Source: Candidatus Roizmanbacteria bacterium RIFCSPLOWO2_01_FULL_40_14 (GTDB taxonomy: Bacteria > Patescibacteriota > Microgenomatia > GCA-001788215 > 2-01-FULL-40-14). From it: a stretch of DNA of 44,694 nt. Of this stretch, positions 33,369-40,490 are shown in pieces. How positions within the stretch are numbered: position 1 is the first letter of the stretch; each line of letters opens with the position of its first letter. The notes below the pieces were generated by a model that saw only the letters and a program-made list of their open reading frames with translations, was not told where the DNA came from and did no database searches. A program made the position numbers and the translations under genes. The stretch covers positions 184 through 44,877 of the forward strand of contig MGAO01000032.1 of NCBI GenBank assembly GCA_001788215.1, given 5' to 3'.

Positions 33369-34508
33369 ATGAAAAACGTATTTCTTCTTTATATTCCACC
33401 AACAAATCATGAGGCGGTGGTGCATTATGAAGATACAATAAAGAGCAAAATAGATCCCCAGAGAATCTATCAGTATGTGAACCACGATCTTCGAAATAAA
33501 CTCGAGAGAATTTTCCTCGGAAGGAGAATTGCAGTGTGGGGTTCACGTGATTCCGATGTAAACAGATCACGGTTTGAAAAAATGAAAGATGGAGATGACA
33601 TTCTCATCATTGAAGGAGATACAATTAAACTGTTGGGGAAAATAGCTGCCAAAACAATTAATCAAGATTTATCACGCGAGTTATGGAAGAACATTAAAGG
33701 TGCTACAACCGAAGGATGGGATCTTATTTACTTTATCGCCAACCCGCAAGAAGTCAATCTCCCATTTAGCGAGTTTAATAACTTATTTGGATATGAAGCA
33801 GACTATACACTAAGAGGATTTACTAACATCGCTGAGGACAGACTTGCCTCATTTTATGAGCAGTATGATGATCTATACGACGTCCTCATAAGAATCAAAA
33901 ATGGCGATGAGGTGATTCGAAAAGATGCCGGACGAATATCGGATCGGATGGTTGAATATGAAACGGTAGTACCAGAAGAGAACAAAGAAGAGATTAAAGA
34001 GGAAGTTTCTGAGCATTTAAAGATTCAGTGGAAATTAATACAACTAGGTTTAAAAGCGAGTACGCGTGTATGGATTCCACGGAATGATCAATCAAAGATA
34101 ACTGGACAATACCATTATGACGAATTTGAAAAAGAATTTACTGCTGGGCTAGATACGGATGCACGTTATGTTGAGAATATTGATGTAGTATGGAAGGATG
34201 AATTTCGAATCGACGCTGCCTTTGAAGTAGAAAACTCGACTTCGATATACTCTGGACTACTACGATTTTCTGATTTGAAAATTGTTGCACCGAACAGTAA
34301 TTATCCTTTATTTATTGTTGCACCACTTTCTAGAAAAGCAAAAGTGATAAATCAAGTAAAACGACCGACATTTCGTAAGCTCGATTTTCATAAGAAGGTG
34401 AGATATCTTTCATATGAAGCAGTTGAAGAGACGGAACGGTTCTTTGAAGATTCTACAAGCGGTCTAAATGTTGAATTATTAACCGGAAGATCAGAAGAAA
34501 TCAACTAA
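33369..34508 (+). CDS. Putative nuclease with an N-terminal PUA/EVE-like domain and a C-terminal PD-(D/E)xK-like restriction-endonuclease fold
   Basis: The N-terminal IAVWGSRDSDVNRSRFEKMKDGDDILII resembles the EVE signature WxGVRNxxARNxxxxMKxGD. The C-terminal HLKIQWKLIQLGL...IDVVW(D272)...AAFEVEN(E286,E288)STSIYSGLLRFSDL...LFIVAP resembles a PD-(D/E)xK core. It starts 3 nt after the mazG-like stop. The ORF is solid, but the function is inferred by eye. Confidence 0.55.
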   Translation: MKNVFLLYIPPTNHEAVVHYEDTIKSKIDPQRIYQYVNHDLRNKLERIFLGRRIAVWGSRDSDVNRSRFEKMKDGDDILIIEGDTIKLLGKIAAKTINQDLSRELWKNIKGATTEGWDLIYFIANPQEVNLPFSEFNNLFGYEADYTLRGFTNIAEDRLASFYEQYDDLYDVLIRIKNGDEVIRKDAGRISDRMVEYETVVPEENKEEIKEEVSEHLKIQWKLIQLGLKASTRVWIPRNDQSKITGQYHYDEFEKEFTAGLDTDARYVENIDVVWKDEFRIDAAFEVENSTSIYSGLLRFSDLKIVAPNSNYPLFIVAPLSRKAKVINQVKRPTFRKLDFHKKVRYLSYEAVEETERFFEDSTSGLNVELLTGRSEEIN

Positions 34509-34525
34509 TAGTGTATTTACCCTAG

Positions 34526-34534
34526 TGATATACT
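34526..34534 (+). promoter_or_regulatory. Extended -10-like element TGATATACT, 11 nt upstream of ATG 34546
   Basis: TGnTATACT. The same TGATATACTA string recurs at 36278, and GATATACTA recurs at 12344, in each case just upstream of a gene start. Confidence 0.35.
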
Positions 34535-34545
34535 ATAGGTAGCAA

Positions 34546-35160
34546 ATGGCAATAGTATTTTCTCTTATTTTCCTGCTCACTTTAGTTCTTCTTCCCGTTG
34601 GACTTATTTGGCCCTCGATATTTCAGAAAATAATTCCAGGACCATCGCATAAAAAAGTTGGAGGTATATTGGCAAGTCTTCTTATATTTGCATTCATATT
34701 TGTTGGTGTGACAAGAAATGATGAAGAACGAGTGTCTGTTACCACCGATTCACCTCAGGTTACCAACGAAATGCCGACAGAAGAGCCTAACCAAAAAGTG
34801 GTTGAACAAGAAATGGTACAATCGGAATCTTCTCAGCAAAACGAATTTGCAAGTGAAGGAGTTGAAGAAGACACACCGACCCCTGAACCAACAAATACTC
34901 CAATTCCAACCATGACTCCAACCCCGACTACCCATATTCAAAAAACACCGACGTTTACACCACTTTCCACAAACACACCAACACCATATATTATTCAGTC
35001 TCAAACGATCAACACGGGTGGGTCATATACCTGCAGTTGTAGTAAAACATGTGAGGAGATCTCTTCTTGTCAGGAAGCGTACTATCAATTAAACACGTGC
35101 GGATGTGGTAGGCGTGACGGTGACAACGACGGCGTGCCGTGTGAAAATTTGTGTGAGTAA
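34546..35160 (+). CDS. Membrane-anchored protein with a Pro/Thr-rich linker and a C-terminal Excalibur calcium-binding domain
   Basis: Two N-terminal TM helices, the TPTPEPTNTPIPTMTPTPT... linker, and a C-terminus of CSCSKTCEEISSCQEAYYQLNTCGCGRRDGDNDGVPCENLCE (DxDxDGxxCE). Confidence 0.75.
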   Translation: MAIVFSLIFLLTLVLLPVGLIWPSIFQKIIPGPSHKKVGGILASLLIFAFIFVGVTRNDEERVSVTTDSPQVTNEMPTEEPNQKVVEQEMVQSESSQQNEFASEGVEEDTPTPEPTNTPIPTMTPTPTTHIQKTPTFTPLSTNTPTPYIIQSQTINTGGSYTCSCSKTCEEISSCQEAYYQLNTCGCGRRDGDNDGVPCENLCE

Positions 35161-35173
35161 AATATTAAACAAG

Positions 35174-35809
35174 TTAGATTAGTTTACTGTCTTCTGGTAC
35201 TTTGCCTACATATTTCGCTTGAATAACAAAATTTTTACTAATCTTGGGCTGTATGGTAGGGTCGTCAGTTTCAGGTATTAATAATATGAATTCGTTAATT
35301 TTTTTGTATCTTTTCAAAGTTGTACAGTCATCTTCTGGATCATATGCAACAACAATATCATTGTTATTGGCAACTTGAGAAGGAACAACAACAATTTTAT
35401 CTCCAGGAAAAATGCCTGCAAGCTTCATACTATGTCCACTAACCTCTAATATAAATGCATTTCTTTTACCTCGTAATAGGGATAATGGGAGAAATTTAGA
35501 ACCTGTTATATTGTAGTCGGCAAATGTGTTATATCCAGCTTCAATTTGACCAACGATAGGCACTTTAATATACTCTTCGTCTTCAGCTTCTGGCCTAAAA
35601 AGAATTTTTATAGCTCTATTTTTGTATCTTTCTCTTTTAATAAAACCTTGTTTAGACAACCTGTTCAACTGAAGCTGTATGCTATGAGTTGACTTCGTAT
35701 TCATTAATAATTTGAGCTCCCCTATAGTAGGACAAAAGCCGTTATCCTTCTGATATTTATATATGTAGTTAAGTAACTTTCTAGTATTATCAGATAGTTT
35801 GCTCGTCAT
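35174..35809 (-). CDS. lexA: LexA-type repressor (wHTH + S24 self-cleaving peptidase)
   Basis: N-terminal LexA DNA-binding wHTH. Ala91-Gly92 cleavage site in VGQIEAGYN, Ser127 in VSGHSM and Lys166 in TLKRYKK. Confidence 0.85.
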   Translation of the reverse strand: MTSKLSDNTRKLLNYIYKYQKDNGFCPTIGELKLLMNTKSTHSIQLQLNRLSKQGFIKRERYKNRAIKILFRPEAEDEEYIKVPIVGQIEAGYNTFADYNITGSKFLPLSLLRGKRNAFILEVSGHSMKLAGIFPGDKIVVVPSQVANNNDIVVAYDPEDDCTTLKRYKKINEFILLIPETDDPTIQPKISKNFVIQAKYVGKVPEDSKLI

Positions 35810-35814
35810 GTTTT

Positions 35815-35830
35815 TGGTATAAATGTACCA
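35815..35830. promoter_or_regulatory. Candidate LexA operator TGGTA-N6-TACCA
   Basis: TGGTATAAATGTACCA is a 5-bp perfect inverted repeat containing GTAC. It lies between the lexA -10 and the lexA ATG, directly abutting the -35 of the divergent promoter. Confidence 0.4.
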
Positions 35831-35831
35831 C

Positions 35832-35860
35832 TTGAAATATTACCTCACTTTTGGTAAAGT
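35832..35860 (+). promoter_or_regulatory. Candidate promoter of the DUF3467 gene, TTGAAA-17 nt-TAAAGT
   Basis: TTGAAA at 35832-35837 and TAAAGT at 35855-35860. It overlaps the lexA promoter face to face. Confidence 0.4.
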
Positions 35861-35865
35861 GTCAA
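35837..35865 (-). promoter_or_regulatory. Candidate lexA promoter TTGACA-17 nt-TAATAT (minus strand)
   Basis: The reverse complement of 35860-35865 is TTGACA, and that of 35837-35842 is TAATAT. The spacer is 17 nt. Confidence 0.5.
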
Positions 35866-35915
35866 ATAGAATTTGCCCCATCTTTAATGATGGGCTTTTT
35901 GTAGAGGAGGTGAAT

Positions 35916-36194
35916 ATGATGAATAAAGCAAAGGAACAACCAAATCAGCAGTTTCAAGTAAATGTAAATCTTGACACCACACCTATTCTTTATACCGATA
36001 GCATTAATATGAATACTAACCCGGACGGAATTGTTTTAGATATTATGCAGCGATTGGGGCCAACAAATCAGGTACGAATTGTTTCTAGAATTGGTATGAG
36101 TCGGGAACATGCCAAGAAATTTGTAGAAAAACTAAGCAAGTTACTCGCATTAACAGAAGGACAAGTTCAGACAGGTAAAAAATCATTTAACTAA
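35916..36194 (+). CDS. DUF3467-like small protein
   Basis: A GGAGG Shine-Dalgarno sequence lies 5 nt upstream of ATG 35916. LYTDSINMNTNPDGIVLDIMQRLGPTNQVRIVSRIGMSREHAKKFVEKL fits the DUF3467 pattern (...EFvlDF...v.sRi.m.p.HAKrl...L). Confidence 0.55.
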   Translation: MMNKAKEQPNQQFQVNVNLDTTPILYTDSINMNTNPDGIVLDIMQRLGPTNQVRIVSRIGMSREHAKKFVEKLSKLLALTEGQVQTGKKSFN

Positions 36195-36244
36195 GATTCA
36201 GCAGGGAAGAAATTCTTTACCACCGATGTCTTTTTAGGGGACAA

Positions 36245-36273
36245 TTGAAATTGATCATCCCAACTTCTATTAT
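36245..36273 (+). promoter_or_regulatory. Candidate promoter TTGAAA-17 nt-TATTAT (an alternative is TGATATACT at 36278-36286)
   Basis: Hexamers at 36245-36250 and 36268-36273, upstream of ATG 36299. Confidence 0.4.
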
Positions 36274-36298
36274 CCTCTGATATACTAGTCTAATTCAT

Positions 36299-37516
36299 AT
36301 GCGAAGTATTCAAACGCTTACGCTTGTTTTTTTATTGGGTATTGTCGGATTTTTGTTTCCGTTCTTTTCTGAACGGGTAATGGCGCAAACACCAACAGAA
36401 ATTGTGGTGTTTTTGCGCGAAGGCTGTACCCACTGTGAAGCTGAAGAAGCGTATCTCGATGAATTGGTCGAAACTCGAGAAGATATCACAGTCACGAAAT
36501 ACCGTTTGGAAAATGAGGAAGAGCGGAAAATCTGGGTGGACTTTACTGACCGGCTTCAGATATCAAAAGTAACACCAATTACCGTCATCGGTACTGCGTA
36601 TATCATAGGTTTTGACACCGAAGAGACTACCGGAAAAGAAATTCTGAAACTCGTCGAAAAAGCAAAACAGAATAACATTGTCACCGATGTCAGTTCTCCT
36701 GAAATTCAGTCAGCAGAGAGTATCAGCGCGACATGCCCGGAAGACGGAAGTATCCCATGCGCGATTCCAGAAGAATCATACGTATCTGTTCCTCTGATTG
36801 GAAAAATAGATACACAAAAATACCCGCTTATTATTCTGTCCGCCCTGCTCGGGTTTTTTGACGGGTTTAACCCGTGTGCCATGTGGGTACTGGTTACCTT
36901 TCTTATCATTCTTCTTCAGGTGGGAGACAGAAAAAAAATGCTTCTTTTTGCCGGGACATTTGTCCTGGCAGAGGCGATCATGTACTTTCTTATCCTGACG
37001 GTGTGGTACAAAACATGGGACTTTGTGCAGCTGGATGAAATTGTAACGCCCATTGTCGGATTGGTAGCTATCGGAGGAGGGCTGTTTTTCCTGTGGGAAT
37101 GGCGTAAAAAAGAACTTGAATGTAAAATAACTGATCTTAATCAGCACAAAAAAACGCGTGACCGGATAAAAGAACTGGCTATGAGTAAGTTTACATTCCT
37201 GACGTTTATCGGTATTCTTGCGATTGCGTTTTCGGTAAACATTATCGAATTTGCCTGTTCTATCGGTATTCCTCAGGCATTTACCAAAATCCTTGAACTC
37301 AACCGGTTGCCACTTGGCCCGTCTCTCGGGCTTATCGGCATCTACATACTGTTTTATATGATCGATGACTTTATCGTATTCGGGATTGCTTTGTACGGAG
37401 CGGATAAATTAGCCTTAACTACAAAATACAGTAAACTTTCAAACTTAATCGGTGGAATTGTCATGATCCTGTTAGGACTTCTTCTGATATTTCACCCCTC
37501 GTTTTTGTATTTTTAA
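36299..37516 (+). CDS. Thioredoxin/glutaredoxin-like domain fused to a CcdA/DsbD-type thiol-disulfide transporter membrane domain
   Basis: Signal/anchor sequence, then VVFLREGCTHCEAEEAYL (CxxC). The membrane domain has GFFDGFNPCAMWVL and EFACSIGIPQ conserved Cys helices. Confidence 0.75.
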   Translation: MRSIQTLTLVFLLGIVGFLFPFFSERVMAQTPTEIVVFLREGCTHCEAEEAYLDELVETREDITVTKYRLENEEERKIWVDFTDRLQISKVTPITVIGTAYIIGFDTEETTGKEILKLVEKAKQNNIVTDVSSPEIQSAESISATCPEDGSIPCAIPEESYVSVPLIGKIDTQKYPLIILSALLGFFDGFNPCAMWVLVTFLIILLQVGDRKKMLLFAGTFVLAEAIMYFLILTVWYKTWDFVQLDEIVTPIVGLVAIGGGLFFLWEWRKKELECKITDLNQHKKTRDRIKELAMSKFTFLTFIGILAIAFSVNIIEFACSIGIPQAFTKILELNRLPLGPSLGLIGIYILFYMIDDFIVFGIALYGADKLALTTKYSKLSNLIGGIVMILLGLLLIFHPSFLYF

Positions 37517-37531
37517 CGGCAATGTTGAGAA

Positions 37532-38110
37532 TCACTCCAAATACCTCTTTAAGAAAATTATGTAGTGTTGGTAGTTAGCATAGATCCAATAAGCATTGAG
37601 CAATATGAGTCCCGGAAACACGAGGGATTTTTCGATGATGCCGCCGGTTTTTATACGCATAAATTCAAATGGGGGAAACCCAAATCGTATAGGAATCGGG
37701 AAGAGCCACGGTACGCCCTGTTTCGTAAGTGAGTCGGTTACTAAATGCGAGAAATAACCAATCATGAGGGCCCACCAGATAATGTTCATATTGACCAGAA
37801 CGATGGATCCCAACCAATTCAGAAACCATTCAGAAAGGAAGCCGATGATTACCATTCCTACAATAGAATGAGAAAGCATACGATGTTGTCCGACGAGTGG
37901 CTTAATGAGTTTTCCTAATAATGATCCGCCGCGGACCTTATCCCAAATATCACTTGTCGCATCGTCAATATCCGGGAGCAATCCGCCGATCATGTTTGCG
38001 CCGACTGCCGCGGCAAGGGTGGCAAACGATATGTCAGGAGGAGCCGTCTCTGTAATAAACACTAAATTCAGTGCCGTGAATGCAGCCAGGTCATGTGTCC
38101 TTCCGGTCAT
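37532..38110 (-). CDS. YdjM-family (DUF457) membrane-bound metal-dependent hydrolase
   Basis: MTGRTHDL...GGLLPDIDD...HRMLSHSIVG...HLVTDSLTKQGVPWLFP motifs. Confidence 0.8.
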   Translation of the reverse strand: MTGRTHDLAAFTALNLVFITETAPPDISFATLAAAVGANMIGGLLPDIDDATSDIWDKVRGGSLLGKLIKPLVGQHRMLSHSIVGMVIIGFLSEWFLNWLGSIVLVNMNIIWWALMIGYFSHLVTDSLTKQGVPWLFPIPIRFGFPPFEFMRIKTGGIIEKSLVFPGLILLNAYWIYANYQHYIIFLKRYLE

Positions 38111-38156
38111 GACAAAAGCATATCATAATTTTCTTAGTTTGAAGTACAATATACGT

Positions 38157-39365
38157 ATGATTGCTATCTCTCTTTCACCCAATACAGAATCAGATGATGT
38201 GTGGGTTGCCATAAAAACATTTTGTTCTCCGTGGACATGGAAAGATGGTAAGTCAATTGGTCTTGTCGAAAACTGGTTTCGTGACAAGTTCAAAACTGAC
38301 ACCGTGTACTCGTTCAATTCAGGACGAACCGCTCTCTATGCCATTCTCAAATCATTTACTATCGGCACGGGCGACGAGGTAATTGTACAGGCGTTTACGT
38401 GTGTGGCTGTTCCTGAAGTCGTCATGTGGGCAGGAGCAAAGCCTATTTATTCTGATATCGATAACTCTTACAATATTGATTCGTCAAAACTTGAAAAATT
38501 AATTACCAAAAAGACAAAGGCCGTTATTGTCCAGCATACCTTCGGTGTCCCGGCACGAATCAAGGAAATTGGGAAGATTGCAAAAAAGTATAATCTTGTA
38601 CTAATTGAGGATTGTGCACACTCGTTAGGAGCTACCGTTGACGGAAAACTGGTTGGATCATTTGGCGATGCGGCATTTTTCAGTTTTGGAAGAGACAAAG
38701 TCATTTCGTCAGTCTTCGGAGGAGTAGCCGTAATTAATAAGATCCAGAGATCCAAAGATCTAAAGATCCTAAAAAAACTGAAAAACTTTTACAACTCACT
38801 TAGTACACCTTCTAGTTTCTGGATTTTGCAACAATTGCTGCACCCGATTTTATTTCATTTATTAATTCTCCCGTTTTATAATTTCTTCGAATTGGGTAAA
38901 GTATTTCTCGTACTATTTCAAAGATTAAAACTTTTGTCGTTTCCCATTCAACAATGTGAATATGCCGGAAAAATGCCCGACGGTTTTCTCACACGATATC
39001 CAAACGGACTTGCAATATTAGCATTCAATCAGCTGAGAAAACTTGACCGGTTCAATAGAAAACGGGTTTCAATCGCAAGAAAATATGGAAAAACAATTCC
39101 CGGTGCTATCTATGTACGCTATCCCATGCAGCTACGTTCACGAAACATTATCGTTAAAATCGCAAAAAAGAAGGGGATTTTCTTGGGTAACTGGTATCAC
39201 TGTGTTATCGATCCATTCCGTTGTCCGCTAGCGGCTGTTGGTTATCGGTATGGAAGTTGTACCAACGCGGAACGGCTGGCAGAGGGAATAGTGAATTTAC
39301 CCACACATCCAGGAATGAGAGAGCGAGATGTAGAAAGAGTTATTATGCTTGTTTCGTCACCCTGA
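38157..39365 (+). CDS. DegT/DnrJ/EryC1/StrS-family PLP-dependent sugar aminotransferase-like protein
   Basis: NSGRTALYAILKSF...GDEVIVQAFTCVAVPEVVMWAGAKPIYSDID...LIEDCAHSLGA...FSFGRDKVIS (Lys). The start is set at ATG 38157, because the upstream track extension is antisense to ydjM. Confidence 0.8.
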   Translation: MIAISLSPNTESDDVWVAIKTFCSPWTWKDGKSIGLVENWFRDKFKTDTVYSFNSGRTALYAILKSFTIGTGDEVIVQAFTCVAVPEVVMWAGAKPIYSDIDNSYNIDSSKLEKLITKKTKAVIVQHTFGVPARIKEIGKIAKKYNLVLIEDCAHSLGATVDGKLVGSFGDAAFFSFGRDKVISSVFGGVAVINKIQRSKDLKILKKLKNFYNSLSTPSSFWILQQLLHPILFHLLILPFYNFFELGKVFLVLFQRLKLLSFPIQQCEYAGKMPDGFLTRYPNGLAILAFNQLRKLDRFNRKRVSIARKYGKTIPGAIYVRYPMQLRSRNIIVKIAKKKGIFLGNWYHCVIDPFRCPLAAVGYRYGSCTNAERLAEGIVNLPTHPGMRERDVERVIMLVSSP

Positions 39366-39382
39366 AACAAGTTCAGGGTGAC
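39356..39382. repeat. Perfect 11-bp-stem hairpin GTCACCCTGAA-ACAAG-TTCAGGGTGAC spanning the degT-like stop codon
   Basis: The TGA at 39363-39365 lies in the 5' arm. No downstream T-tract. Confidence 0.8.
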
Positions 39383-39422
39383 GGCGTGAAATCCATCTTG
39401 ATCTAATCGAATAGTCGAAAAT

Positions 39423-40490
39423 ATGAAGTATTTAATTAAAGATATCAGCAATAAAAAAACATGGAATAAGTTTGTTGAAACGGTTGCGTCGGAATCTTAT
39501 TTCCAGTCATGGGAGTGGGGAGAGGTGGAAATGGCTTCAGGGAAAACCGTGTGGCGGTTAGGAATTTATGAAAAAGTACGAGTTACGAATTACCTGCCTC
39601 GCCGGCCGGCCGGCGAGTTACGAGTTGAAAACAAAAACAAAACTATAAATAAGCTTATTGGTGTCAGTCAAATTACAAAAGTAAAAGCAAAACGGGGGAC
39701 GTTTTTATATGTCAGGCATGGTCCGGTATTTAAAGATTGGAATAACAAAATTTTCGCAGTTTGGCTGGAGTATCTCAAAGATATGGCTCGAAGAGAAGGA
39801 GCGGTGTTTATCCGTATCAGCCCTCTTATCAATCCGACATATACGACACTTCTGTCAGAATACTCGTTCCGGCCAGCGCCCATTCATAGCATGGATGCTG
39901 AAATCGTATCTGTCATTGATGTACTGAAGTCGGAAGTTGATTTGATGAAAAATATGCGAAAAAATACAAGAAATCTTATTCGTAAGGGACTGAAAATGGG
40001 TATACAGATCGAAAAATCTTCCGACATCTCAATATTTTTAAAACTCTACGGTGAAACCTATTCCCGTCATGACTTCGTTCCACACCAGGCCGTTGAAGAT
40101 GAATTCAGCATTTTTTCAAAACAGAATAAGGCGGTACTTCTGATTTCTCGATACGAAAAAACGCCGATTGCAGCCGCGATCGTCAGCTACTTCGGAAATC
40201 AGGCGATTTACCGGCACGGCGCATCAATTAAGTCATCTATTCCCGCGGCGTACGTACTCCAGTGGGAGATAATAAAACGAACCAAAAGAAGAGGTTTGTC
40301 GTACTACAATCTCTTTGGTATTGCTGATACTGACAGAATTGATCACCCGTGGTGGGGTCTTACCCTGTTTAAAAAAGGATTTGGCGGAGAAACAAAGAAA
40401 TATCTGCATGCCCACGATTTACCGGTGAGCCCGTGGTATTGGGTTAATTATCTTGTTGAAACAGTGAGAAGAATTAAACGAAGATATTAG
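39423..40490 (+). CDS. FemAB-family peptidoglycan interpeptide-bridge aminoacyltransferase (FemX-like)
   Basis: FQSWEWGEV...LYVRHGPV...RHGAS...YVLQWEIIKRTKRRGLSYYNLFGI...GLTLFKKGFGG. It carries an in-frame repeat insert at 39578-39627. Confidence 0.85.
   Translation: MKYLIKDISNKKTWNKFVETVASESYFQSWEWGEVEMASGKTVWRLGIYEKVRVTNYLPRRPAGELRVENKNKTINKLIGVSQITKVKAKRGTFLYVRHGPVFKDWNNKIFAVWLEYLKDMARREGAVFIRISPLINPTYTTLLSEYSFRPAPIHSMDAEIVSVIDVLKSEVDLMKNMRKNTRNLIRKGLKMGIQIEKSSDISIFLKLYGETYSRHDFVPHQAVEDEFSIFSKQNKAVLLISRYEKTPIAAAIVSYFGNQAIYRHGASIKSSIPAAYVLQWEIIKRTKRRGLSYYNLFGIADTDRIDHPWWGLTLFKKGFGGETKKYLHAHDLPVSPWYWVNYLVETVRRIKRRY
39598..39617. repeat. Perfect 20-bp GC-rich palindrome CTCGCCGGCCGGCCGGCGAG flanked by direct repeats CGAGTTACGA
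   Basis: The direct repeats lie at 39579-39588 and 39614-39623. The element is in frame within the femAB-like gene and encodes VRVTNYLPRRPAGELRVEN. Confidence 0.85.

Noticed and set aside
37905-38156. N-terminal 84-aa extension of the degT-like ORF
   Set aside because: The extension is antisense to the conserved 5' part of ydjM and is low-complexity. DegT homology begins after ATG 38157.
39356-39400. Hairpin after the degT-like gene as an intrinsic terminator
   Set aside because: The stem is strong, but it is followed by GGCGTGAAATCC rather than a T-run, and the next co-directional gene starts 41 nt later.
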